Assembly: GCA_025201805.1 (NCBI GenBank)
Contig: MU619367.1
Coordinates: 5,126 to 69,125 of the forward strand
Length of the DNA: 64,000 nucleotides
Direction: 5' to 3'
From: Parasitella parasitica NRRL 2501
Taxonomy: Eukaryota > Fungi > Mucoromycota
Below are positions 26,351-38,199 of the stretch, piece by piece. Under the pieces are notes generated by a model. The model did no database searches. It was not told the origin of the DNA and saw only the letters and a list, made by a program, of their open reading frames with translations. A program made the translations under genes and the position numbers. Every line of letters begins with the position of its first letter. Positions within the stretch are counted from its first letter, which is position 1.

Positions 26351-26767
26351 TGTTAACGAGATACGAAAACTTAAAGACACTTTATTTAAGATCGAAATTG
26401 CATACATGCTATTTATACTTTTTACAACTACATAAATTTATGACGACTTATTTAGATTACTAATTGACAAGACTAATTCACAGTGACAATCTACTTGACA
26501 GGGTACGATGTAAGGTTATACAACAAGGGCTACACGCCTTTAATCTGACAGTGCCTTAACCTTTATCCTGGTGCTCAGATCTGTGGTACTTACAGGAATA
26601 ACCTTCTTGATTTGAAACAGAGACTTTATTCTCCAATTTACACAACAAGCGTATCACAGCACATCATTGGACAATCTTCAATCTTCAATTGAAGTACATT
26701 GCCATGATCTCCTGTCTATAGTTATGGCAGATCATATTTTTCTGTCTGTATTTCGTTATTCTAAACA
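26351..26767 (-). mobile_element. Probable degraded solo LTR
   Basis: TGTTAACGAGATAC at the left end vs tgtatttcgtta..aaca at the right end; TATAAATA then AATAAA on minus strand; no clean TSD. Confidence 0.4.
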
Positions 26768-28178
26768 GTTTATATTAGCGTAATATAACAAAATTATGAT
26801 TTTCAAAAATTACCAAATTTAAAACGGTAATTTGTTGGTTTATAGTAAAATGAAGTGTTGGGGGAAGAAGAGAAGAAATGTGAAATGTTGATGAATGGGT
26901 GAGTTTTATAGATCCAATGCGACCCAACGGTTGCATGAATAGAATGAAATGCGCTGCAATCCATATCAATATCTTTTCATACAAAGTTATTTTTATGAGG
27001 ACACACTTTGTCATTATAGCTAAACATTGAACTTGGTATGTGTTACCAAGGTATGCGTTTTTGAACACCTACTGGTATTTAACATACAGTATCTTTACGA
27101 AGCTTGAATTCAGCAAGCCAAAGCCAATTTTCTCTATTTTGCAAAATATTCGTAGGCCTAATTCTCAACAAAGTATCATCAAGACACTTTGACTCAAGTC
27201 GTCATTAGAATCTGCTTGCAACAAATTGTGTAGTAGAGATAAAGAATATTAGCAAAACAGTTTTTTCATATAGTCTTTATGGACAGCTGATGAATTTTAA
27301 AAGTTCTCATGGATTTCAAAGCGATAAATGGTAAATGAAATTATTGCTTTGAGAGATGCAAATAGTTCTAATTGAGTTCGATTAAATCCTTTTTGTTTTG
27401 TTGAAAAGCGATAATTCCAGTTAAAGTAAAAATCATCTGTTCAACAAAGTCGAGACAAGATTTTGGATTTATGGGTATTTGTCTGTTCAAAATACAAGTG
27501 CTTTCGGTAAACAAAAATTCATTAAAAACGTGGAAACATAAAGCTGAGATTGATATGCAGCTTGATATCAATACATCAGTATTCAGAGTATCTAATTTCA
27601 ATTGAAGAGTGCGACATAATCCTGACTGATAAATTGTAAGTGTCTTGATATAAACCAGCAACTGAGATGCTGCAGAATATATTCTCGCGAGCCATGGTAT
27701 GTAGCTTCATTTATGGGTTGAAATAAATACGCTAGTCTACAATATTGCTTAAAAATCTGATTAGCAATGTATACTATCTGTGAAATTATGGAGTTATTTA
27801 TGTGCCTCTTCATCATGACCAAGTTTCTCTAGTACTTTTTGTCGTTAACTCTGAAATATCAAGACTAGGGGCTATATACGGCAGTTTGAGCATTTAATCT
27901 TGCTATATCTATAGGAAGTTTCGGTTTGTATTGATGATCAGACGAAAGCTCATATATAAATCGATCCGCCATGATGAACATGACTTTAGGCTAATGTTTT
28001 CACAATTGCAAAGCAGCATTGTCTATTTTCTGAAAAATTGCGTTGTTGAAAGGGATAAGAATCATGTCGATTTGCAATCAAAGGCAGTCAATTCACAACT
28101 CAGCTTCTCTTGGTTGAATAACTTACATGGCCCTGTCGGTTGTCATTATTTTATTTCTTTTTCCATACAGGCTCCACC

Positions 28179-29096
28179 ATGTTTGTACGAACGACCACCA
28201 CAGCACGGTGTCTTGCGACTCAGCAACTAAGAAGCTATGCCACCAAAAGAAAGGCAGCGTTCAGAGAGGATCCAAACGCTGTCGATTTGAAGCAAGCTGT
28301 CAACATCCTTAAAGCCTTTGAAGTCGGCAACCCCAATCACCAAATAGAAGCCCACGTCCAGTGTAAAATCGAGAAATCAACACCACTTATCCGTGGCTCG
28401 CTTGTTTTACCCAAGAGTATCAAGCAAGAAGCTACCATCTTGGTTTTTGCCACTGGCAAGAAAGCAGAGGAAGCCAAGGCAGCCGGTGCTCATTTCGTTG
28501 GCGGTGAAGAGTTGATTGAGAAGGTGCAGGCTGGTGCACTCAAGTTTGACAAATGCATCGCTACCCCTCAAATGTTCCCTTCAGTTACCAAGATTGCTCG
28601 TATTTTGGGCCCCAAGGGTTTAATGCCTACCGTCAAAAAGGGTAAGCATGGGCATTGTAGATTCAGCCAAGTTGTATTAATTGATCTGTAGGCACTGTTA
28701 CTGACGACATTTCCAACACTGTTCGTACATCCAAGAGTTCGTTCGATTTTAAGGCAGATAAGCACGGTGTTTTACACACAGGTAAATTTTGGGAAGGGGA
28801 GAGAGGGGGGGGGGATGGGAGGCAGAAAACGAGGAAATTTATCGAGTATTTTGGTTCAATAAAGGCATTGGCAAGATCAATTTTGAAGCTGAGGACATTG
28901 AGGCCAATCTCAAAGCCATTCTTGAGGAACTGAGAGTTTTCGGAAAGGCCAACAACTTGAAAGGTAAATTACACAGCGAGATTAAGAGCATTTTGAAAAG
29001 CAACTGACACGCAAAATGGTAGCAATGATCCAAAATGTGATTCTGTCTTCCACTCGTGGACCTGGTATTGCCATTGTTGGCGGATCAGTTCTATAA
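28179..29096 (+). CDS. MRPL1: Mitochondrial ribosomal protein uL1m (multi-exon; a further 5' exon is possible)
   Basis: IRGSLVLP, EAKAAGAHFVGGEELI, FDKCIATP, ARILGPKGLMP, ILSSTRGPG; acceptor-like site at 28170. Confidence 0.92.
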
Positions 29097-29315
29097 ATCT
29101 TTCTATAATTGTAATAAAAAAAAAATGCATGTAATTATCTCTATGCCTAAGCCTTCCAGTGTTGAGTGACTAACCTGCCTCAACACACAAGAACCAGGGT
29201 TGCTTAAAGGGAAATGGAGTGTGAAATGTTTTTTTTTACAGAGAAGGGAGGGGGACCTTATTGTGTCTGTAGAGTGTTTCTTTCTCTCTTTTTGCATACT
29301 ATTCAATAGCAAAAT

Positions 29316-30215
29316 ATGGCGGCCTCATTATTAAGAAATGTTTGCAGACTCCAATTCAGCCGCCAGCTCGCTGTTCGTTCATTCAGCTCAACAGCCACCC
29401 CTGCCACTTCGCATGGTTTGCTTCGACTCAAAGAGTATTATGATAGTACCCTGTCAGAGGATTTATTAGTGTTGGGCTATGATCACACCCGCGTTGCGCC
29501 TCCCACTTCCAGATATCCTGACATTGAAGCCCAAATCGAGAGAGCTTTAGATGCCCCTTCAACCACCAAATCAGCAGAATCAGTCAAGGATAGCTCATCC
29601 GATGCAGTTCGCACTCGCAAGGGTGGCAAACCTGTCAAACCTATTCATCCCCTCAAGAGTGCAAAGGTCATTCCTAAGCTCGATAAAATCACCCTCCATT
29701 CCATGGTCAAAGACTCTATTCATAGCAAAAGTCATTTATTATCAGCTTTTATGGCGTTTCAAAGTATTACAGGCGTCCGACCTGATGTAGTATATGCAAG
29801 AAATTCTGTGGCTAATTGGAAGTTGCGGTAAGGAAACTGATGATAGGTCGCAGGAGGTAGTCTATGAGCTGACACATGTGTTTGTTTCCATAGTGAGGGT
29901 ATGCCTGTAGGCGTTAAAGTGACACTTCGTGGCGAGGAAATGTATCAATTCATGGACAAATTGATTGAAATTGTTCTTCCCCGTCTAAAAGAGTGGCCTG
30001 GCCTCTCGATGACAGCAGGCGATGGCAATGGCAATATTGCACTTGGATTTCCTCCGTCTGCCCTTGCCCTTTTCCCCGAAATTGAAGGCTCGTTTGATGT
30101 CTATCCCAAGATGACTGGATTCGATGTTATCTTCAACACGACTGCCTACACAAACACTGACGGTCGTTTGCTACTTTCTGCTTTCTCTGTACCTTTTAAA
30201 AACGCCAAAAAATAG
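29316..30215 (+). CDS. MRPL7: Mitochondrial ribosomal protein uL5m (2 exons)
   Basis: PKLDKITL, FQSITG, SVANWKLR-EGMPVGVKVTLRG, VLPRLKEWPG, GDGNGNI; mitochondrial-type presequence. Confidence 0.9.
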
Positions 30216-30466
30216 ACGATATTCCTGTAATAAATAAACAAATGAGTGTAGACAATTTATACATGTACAAAACATCACTTTAGCAATGATCACCGATGGT
30301 GGTACAACAATCGGTTCTGGATGGTACTTTTTAGAACAAAAAAAAAAAAAAAAATAGCACTGATGGCATTTTTTCCCTTTTATTTATCTGTAACAATTGT
30401 GTCCTTTTTCTTTCTTTCTTTTCTTTTCTTTTCTCTATCTCTCTTTCTCTCGTTATTAACGTCAGC

Positions 30467-30555
30467 ATGCTGCTCAAAAAGCGACAGGGCTTCAAGTTTG
30501 CCAGCAATGAAAGCCACATGACAACATCTGTAGACAAGGTGCTTCGGTACACTAG

Positions 30556-30587
<32 letters not shown>

Positions 30588-33161
30588 GCAACAGCAAACA
30601 GGAACAGCCTGAAGACATTCTAGCAGACAGCATTATATTCCAGTTTGAAAAGCCCCCCATTTGGAAGAGAAAACGGTTTCATTTCATCATTGGTCTGTCT
30701 GTGGGCCTAATTGCAGCCTACGGTGCCTCAACAACGCCTGTCGCTCAAACGCATTTGAATGATCTGCAGTCGTATTTATCGTTGCAGTTGTCTGAGATGG
30801 ATTGGGAGAGGATTATGCCTGTAACCGATATGGTGGACGAGCTGTTTGGAAATGTGACAAACTTCTTTACGCCTACGCCATCCACCGACCAGCCGTTCAT
30901 GCCTGCATTGGAATACAGAGAGACGTTGGACCTGAAACCCCATTTCCCCGTGGTGCTGATTCCAGGCATCATTTCGTCAGGCTTAGAAAGCTGGGGCACA
31001 CTCGAAAAATCGAAAAGGTTTTTTAGAAAGAGAATGTGGGGCACTACCAGTAACGTATTCATTGTTTTTTTTTTTCATGTCTGCGATGCTGTTGATTGAT
31101 CCGTTTTGCGAAAAGCCATGTTTAGATCCGTTTTACTTGATAAAGAGCTTTGGACAGAGCATCTAAAACTTGATCCCGTCACAGGCTTGGACCCTCCTGG
31201 CATTAAAATCCGGGCTGCTCAAGGTAATATGCAATCGCAGCCTTCACAGACAGACATTCTAAAACACCCAGTGTGTAGGCTTGGATGCTGCTGATTATTT
31301 CGTAACCGGGTATGTGCATAGTGGGACTCCAACGTAGATTTCTTGCTGATAAACATGTGAATTCTAGTTACTGGATCTGGGCTAAAATCATCGAAAATCT
31401 TGCCTATATCGGCTACGACAACAACAACATGCATCTGGCAAGCTATGACTGGAGACTATCATTTTCGAATCTTGAAATACGAGACCAGTACTTTTCAAAA
31501 CTACAATCCATGATTGAAATTTCAAAAAAGAGCTCTGGCGTTTCTGCCGTTATTGTCACACACTCGATGGGTAAAAAAAAAAAAAAAAAAAAATTATAGG
31601 GTTCAGGTTATTTGACGGTATTAAATATTCCTGATTAGGATCTTCCATGTTTCCCTATTTTTTAAGGTGGGTTCAGAGTCCAGAAGGAGGCAATGGAGGC
31701 AATGATTGGACAGAAAAGCACATTGCTTCATTTGTCAATATTGCTGGCCCGATGGTGGGCGTACCCAAAGCACTAACTGCCATGTTGTCAGGTGAGACCA
31801 GAGACACAATGTCACTGGGCAGCTTTGGTGCATATCTGCTGGAAAAGTTCTTTTCGCGAAGGGAAAGAGCGTCTCTAATGCGTACGTGGAGTGGAGGAAG
31901 CTCAATGTTACTCAAAGGAGGCGAGACAATCTGGGGTAATCAGACATTTGCTCCTGATGACGAAGCAAATTCTCAACAGCATTCATTTGGAAGCATATTA
32001 TCATTCACAAAGACAAGCGAGGGCGAGCCAACTGCGCAGGAAAAGGACCAGAATCATACGGCCAAAAAGATGGTGAATAAAGACATTGACCAGAATTTCA
32101 GTGCGAACGAATCGATGGAGTTGCTGTATTCAGTAGCTTCCCCAGACTACAGTCGTATGCTTAGGTCAAATTACTCTTTCGGTATCACTACATCTAAGAA
32201 GCAGTTGGAGAAGAACAACAACGATTCTAGAAAGTGGTCGAACCCTTTGGAATCCCAATTGCCAATAGGTATGATAGTATGCTGTATTTGAGCCATGTAT
32301 TCCTGACAACTAGCCCTTCCCCCCCCCCGCTTTATGTGCACTCTATTATAGCGCCCAGCATGAAGATCTACTGCTTGTACGGTGTTGGCTTGCCTACAGA
32401 GAGAGGTTATTATTATACCAAAGCCAAAGATGATATCAGCAAGACACATGCAGACTGCGACACAGACTGCGAATTTGACGTTTCAGCCCTATTAAATGGA
32501 GCTGACATCAAGGAAGAGGAATTTATAAATGCAGTCGTGCAAAAATCCATCAAAGAGTCTGGTCAAGATGATAAGCACAGCGACGAAAGCATGCCACAGT
32601 CATCTCCCATTGTAGGTATTTTAGCAAAGACACGGATAGACACATGTATTTAAACATCTTGGTTTTGCACAGTACATTGACGGCGTTATGCATGAGCCTG
32701 CAAGAGGTGTCGAGATGGGTGTCCGATTTGCAGACGGGTAATGTAAATGTCAATATGCACAATTGCTCGTATTAACGTCAAGTTGTATAGTGATGGCACA
32801 GTGCCTGTTTTATCATTAGGTTTCATGTGCGCTCCGTCTGGTGGGTGGACTAAACATGCCAATTTGTATAATCCAGGGCGTAGTCCAGTCTTGCTCAAGG
32901 AGTATTTGCACGAGCAAAGCGACAGCAAGTTGGATGTCCGGGGTGGCTCAAGAGCTGGCGATCATGTGGATATTCTTGGTAATTGGGAAATGACAGTAAG
33001 TCTCCTATCTATTTACTTGATATATCCCCTTATTGACTTTGCACTGTATATAGCTGGATATTTTGCAAATTGTCTCCAACAAGGGCAAAAACATTACTGA
33101 GCGCATTTTCTCCAACATTGAGCAGTATGCACAAAAAATTAATATCAAGCCATTACCCTAA
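30467..33161 (+). CDS. LRO1: Phospholipid:diacylglycerol acyltransferase (multi-exon)
   Basis: N-terminal TM; PVVLIPGIISSGLESW, FRKRMWG, YDWRL, HSMG nucleophile, WSNPLE, GDGTV, HVDILG. Confidence 0.94.
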
Positions 33162-33533
33162 TAATAACAAGTACAATTCATTATACATAATATTCAATAT
33201 CAAATGCAAGGGATTTCTTTTGTGTTGTATACATAAACAACATACAAGGGGACATCATACTTGTTTGAAGGAGAATTTCAAGATTTGTTTGAGAGGTGTG
33301 CTTTTTTATTACAGCGCAGAAAAAATCAAGGAGCATATTGGCAACCAGTTTGGTTGACTTGGTAATTTAGTTTGCAATTCACCCCTAAGGTGCACCGCAG
33401 ATTTGTTTTGTGCCATGTTTTATTGTTGTATCTATAGCACAGGACTATCCAAAACGTATCATAAATCTTGTTTATTGCCCTTATAAATCCGTGTATGTGT
33501 GTGGTGTGTACAAATACCCCTTTTTAAGCTCTT

Positions 33534-33576
<43 letters not shown>

Positions 33577-33591
33577 TTCTTCAAGCAACAA

Positions 33592-35312
33592 ATGGCAGTA
33601 TCATCACACAGCGAAGGACCTATTACACCACCTGCCACACCGCTGTGGAATCAATCATCTGCAAAATTCTCATCTAACATACCAGTTCCAATGAGTCAAG
33701 CAACAGCAAACAGCATTAACCATAATTCGTATCCAAGCCCTACAACTTCCTCGTCTAGATCGTCATCCTCTGCATCACTGCGGCCCTCATTTTCTACACG
33801 GTCTACGTCCATTCGAGAAAATGTGCAGGTCATGGTTCGATGCAGGCCTAGATCTGAAAAAGAGCTTGAATATGCCGAAGAGCCTTGCTGGCTGATTAAT
33901 CCTGAAGAAGGATTAATCGAGCAAGCAAGATTGAAAGCACCAAACAGCATCCGTGCCTTTTACTATGGTAAGTCTTTTTCATACTATTTGTTTTGTCTTT
34001 GTGTTTTTTAACCTCTGCCCCGCCTTTAGATAATGTAGTTATGGGCACTGATAACGCTCAGGTCTACAAGGCTGGTATTCTTGATCTCGTGAGGTATGTG
34101 TATATTGATTGATCATTTTATTCTTTTTGTTGCTGTAACAAATTGACTAATTTTATATTATTACTGCTAAATTAGATCGGCCATGATGGGCTACAATGGT
34201 ATGCAAGGAATATTATAGCAGCAGTATTCAAATTTTCCCTGATATTAATACACATATAGGCACTGTATTTGCATATGGACAGACAGCGAGTGGAAAAACT
34301 TATGTAAGTTGTGCACCCTAACACTTTTTTTTATTATTTTTTTTTTTTTTTTTGTGCAATTACTATTCATTGTTGTAGTTATATTAAATCATTAATCATT
34401 TTATTATCTTGACCAAAAATAGACAATGGTACTTGACATTTTTCTAATACGAATATGTTTTTAATGATATTAACATTTGATCTGTATTATTATTACTTTT
34501 AATTCTTGCGATCTTTGAAATGTAATAGATGGGTAAGTGTAGCAATACTTTCAACTGTGAAATCAATTCAACGCTAAACCCGCTTCTCAGGTACCGAAAA
34601 GGAACCGGGTGTCATACCGCGTGCCGTGGAGGACGTCTTTTCCTACATTGAAGATGTGTGTAATTTTTCACATGTGAAACTATTCATGCAACTTGATTAA
34701 TTTGTGTTATATGATAGGATACCAACGGACGAGAATACTTGCTGCGAGTTTCGTACATGGAAATTTACAATGAAAAAATCAAAGACCTTTTGTGCGTTGA
34801 GAATACAAGCCCTGAAATCATCGAGGACAAGGTACGGAGATTTCTCCCATCCCACGATGCATAACTCAGCATTTCTCAATTTACTAGAAAGGCGTATATG
34901 TCCGTAATTTGAAAGAAGTGATCGTCAAGACTTCCAAGGAAGTGATGGACTGCATCAGAGAAGGTGAAGGCAATCGACACATCAGTGCGACTGATTACAA
35001 CGAACGCAGTAGTCGGTCGCACACCATCTTCCAATTGGTAATTGAAAGCCGTTCAAAGGGAATCCCAACGAGCGAAAATAGAGGCGTCCGCTTATCTCAA
35101 TTGGTATGTTGACGACATTAGTTCTAAACTTACATGTTGGAAATTAATTGGGCTCCCCTCGTTTAGAATTTGATCGATTTGGCAGGCTCCGAAAAGGTTG
35201 CCACTGATATCGAACGAAGAAAAGAAGGAGCTTACATCAACAAGAGTTTGCTAACTTTGGGAAACGTCATTTCGAAACTTACAAGCGACGAACCGTAAAT
35301 ATTTATACGCCC

Positions 35313-35349
<37 letters not shown>

Positions 35350-37124
35350 CTGAATCACATGAATCCTAAATGTACTGCTCTATAGTGCTTCGCATATACC
35401 ATTCAGAAACTCAAAACTAACCAGAATCCTTCAAGCTGCTTTATCTGGAAATGCCCGCATATCCGTTATCTGTACCATAAACCCTACATTTGCGTCCAAA
35501 GATGAGTCGCTAAACACATTGCGATTTGCTCAACGTGCAAAGCTTGTCAAAACCGCGGCTAAAATGACACGGGTAATTGATCAACTGACTCAAAGCGCCA
35601 TCCAAAGGCATGCAAAACTAACAACTTTCGCTGATAGATCCTAGATAACTCCGAGCTCCAAAATTGCTTAATAAAGATTGCAGAGCTGCAGACAAAAATG
35701 CAAGAAAAAAACGATGTAAGAGGGAGCAGCTAATTTAATTTGACGGCACCAGTTCTTAATTAATGCTGCTTTGTAGCTTGAGGCGGAAACAAGAGAACGC
35801 TTAACCAGTCTGCTAAGTCTGATCCTGACTAGCTCAAAAGATCACGATGACAGCCAAAACAATGAAGGCGATGCAATGGTAATTTTGATATTTCGCTTGT
35901 TTTTCCACAAATCCCATCTAATATGGCCTGTAAAAAAATAAGTATGCTCGGCTATCAAATATCACATCTGATGATTTGAAAAATGATGCAACCATGCGCG
36001 ATGTCGTCGCTCGATGTGAACAAGGGATTGCAGCCCAAGTCATCGCACACGACAAACAGATGGCCAAAATGACGACATCTTTAGAGTCAATGCAAGACAT
36101 GCTCAATGTCATGGAAGCCGCTCATGATAAGCAGCAAGATGCCCTTGCCCGACGAGACGTCCAGATCGATAAACTAAAGCAAGAGCTATCAAATGCAAAG
36201 GCGAGCATGATGATGAGGCCTTCAAAAATACCTATGGGACCACCACCAACAGCAGCAGTGCCATCTTCCCCATCGTCTTCAACCGCCTCGAAAAAGCCTG
36301 TTAGCAGCAATAAAAAAGCAGCTGCCACACCAGCACAGTCAAACGTGAATGATTTGGCACCTGCTATTGCCTTGGCAACACAAAAAATCACTGATGCCAT
36401 CTCCAGTGCGTTGCAAATGGACAGATACAATAGCGAGGATGACGACGAGTATGATATGCTGTCAGCATCGTCAACTGATCCATTGTCCAACAATGCGAGT
36501 ATTTCAGAGGCCATTGGCTCAGTTCTTAAAAAAGTAATTCTTTCGTCCGCAAACAGCATGTCGCAAGAGGATATCGAGTGCGATACAACTACAATTACAA
36601 ACGCCATCCAGAATGCAGTCAAGAACGCTGTCCACAATGAAACCGTTTCGTCCCTATCCGTAGCCCCCAGCAGCGATTTTACGCCCATTCACGAAGCCGT
36701 GTCATTTGTTCATTCTATGTCTAGTGAATTTATGATGGGATCTGCCGTATTCATCGACGAACCTGAAAAAGGCGAACAAGGCGAACAAGACAAACAAGGC
36801 AAACAAGGCAAACAAGGCGAACAAGGCGTGCCAGCGCTTGTGCAGCATGACCGACAGTCAGCTCGATTTGTCGCAGGTGATTCATCCGACTCGAGCGATG
36901 CCGACGACTCTGCTGACCCACAAGAGATTTCGTTGATGAAAGAGCGTGTCCAGCATGTTTTGGACACTAACGAAACTGGGGAAATGCACCCCAAAGAGGT
37001 AGTATTGGAGACTCAGCACTACGAGCCGTACGCTGCATCCATCGAACAACCCTCTATTTTGCCCATCTTATTCAACAGATGGACGCTTTTTATGGCTGTT
37101 GTGTACGTTTTATCACAATACTAA
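33592..37124 (+). CDS. Kinesin-7 (CENP-E/Kip2-like) motor protein, many introns including microexons
   Basis: [75 protein letters not shown]; C-terminal hydrophobic tail. Confidence 0.9.
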
Positions 37125-37294
37125 GCTTATTGACTATACTACTATATCCTCTCTCTCTCTCTCTTCTCCCCCCCCCCCCCACAATTCACTTGTAAATAAC
37201 ATGACTATAACCTAATCATTGCAGCATAAAATAAATCTCTTCCTCTCCATTGCTACATTAATGAATTTAACATGTAATATAAAGATAGATTTTA

Positions 37295-38005
37295 TTAACA
37301 AAAAGTAACGGTAAAGCTCTCAGCTTCGCATTCATATGTCGAATCTTGGTCGTCGTACGCAAAGCTGTACGCATCAGGACATTGCGATTTGACAAACGAC
37401 GAGCGGGTGCTTGCTTTACAAGTTGACGGGCTATTGTTGCTGCCAGTGCAACAGTCTTCCGAAGACCCTGTCTTTGAGCAAGCACTCTGGCAAGCTACGA
37501 CGTTGCCGGTAGCGTCAGTGACAGCAAACTCCTTTGGACAGTCTGAAAGGGCGCATTGCGGTGTCCCGCATGTGTAGCCGTTGGGCGTAGCACCGCCGCT
37601 GGGAGCAATAGACATTGCCATGTTGTAGCCGTCCACCAGACTGATGTCGTAATAATCTTTACCGCCTGCACCCTTAAAGAAGAATTCTGCAAGGGTAGCA
37701 GGGTCGGTTGCACCAGGAACACCACACTTGCTTGTATCTTTACCGGCAGAACCAGAACAATGATAGCGGGCCCAAACTCGCCCGCCCCACGAATCGGATT
37801 GACTGAAGCTGTTGCTAGCCGATGGAGTCAAATCAAAACTCTGTTCCGGTAAGCTAGCACTCACGCCATTAGTGAGCACGCCGACTGTAATAACGTTGCC
37901 ACAGTTGTTCTTTACCGTGATTGACTTGTCGGCCTGTGAAAAAGGGACAATAGCAATGATCGCACATGCAACCATCCACGCACTGACAAAATTAGAGCGT
38001 AACAT
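37295..38005 (-). CDS. Secreted thaumatin/osmotin-like protein
   Basis: Signal peptide; ITVKNNC, WGGRVWAR, ATLAEF, YYDISLVDGYN, CPDAYSFAYDD, VTFC. Confidence 0.95.
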   Translation of the reverse strand: MLRSNFVSAWMVACAIIAIVPFSQADKSITVKNNCGNVITVGVLTNGVSASLPEQSFDLTPSASNSFSQSDSWGGRVWARYHCSGSAGKDTSKCGVPGATDPATLAEFFFKGAGGKDYYDISLVDGYNMAMSIAPSGGATPNGYTCGTPQCALSDCPKEFAVTDATGNVVACQSACSKTGSSEDCCTGSNNSPSTCKASTRSSFVKSQCPDAYSFAYDDQDSTYECEAESFTVTFC

Positions 38006-38199
38006 TTAAAGAAGAAAAAAGCAAAGAAGAAACGGATCTCTGTTTCCGTTTGCAAAAAAAAAAAAAAAAAAACGTCTGCTACTTTTTGACTTTCATGGGT
38101 CTTTTTTTTTATCGCCTGTGAAAGCATTGACATGTCAAGTGTAAGAATAACCCTGAATTAGCTTGGTAAAAGTGAAACCCTTCCCCAAAGTGTTTATTG

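Noticed and set aside
21800-27900. Gene-free AT-rich island with a LINE fragment as a Mucor-type mosaic centromere
   Set aside because: Only ~6 kb with one short LINE fragment; largely explained by nested TE debris; I cannot verify a centromere motif
26775-27900. Short ORFs in AT-rich sequence
   Set aside because: No recognisable motifs; probably decayed TE or non-coding DNA
36771-36827. Collagen-like (GEQ/GKQ) repeat in the kinesin tail
   Set aside because: Only ~6 triplets from a 9-bp microsatellite; too short for a triple helix
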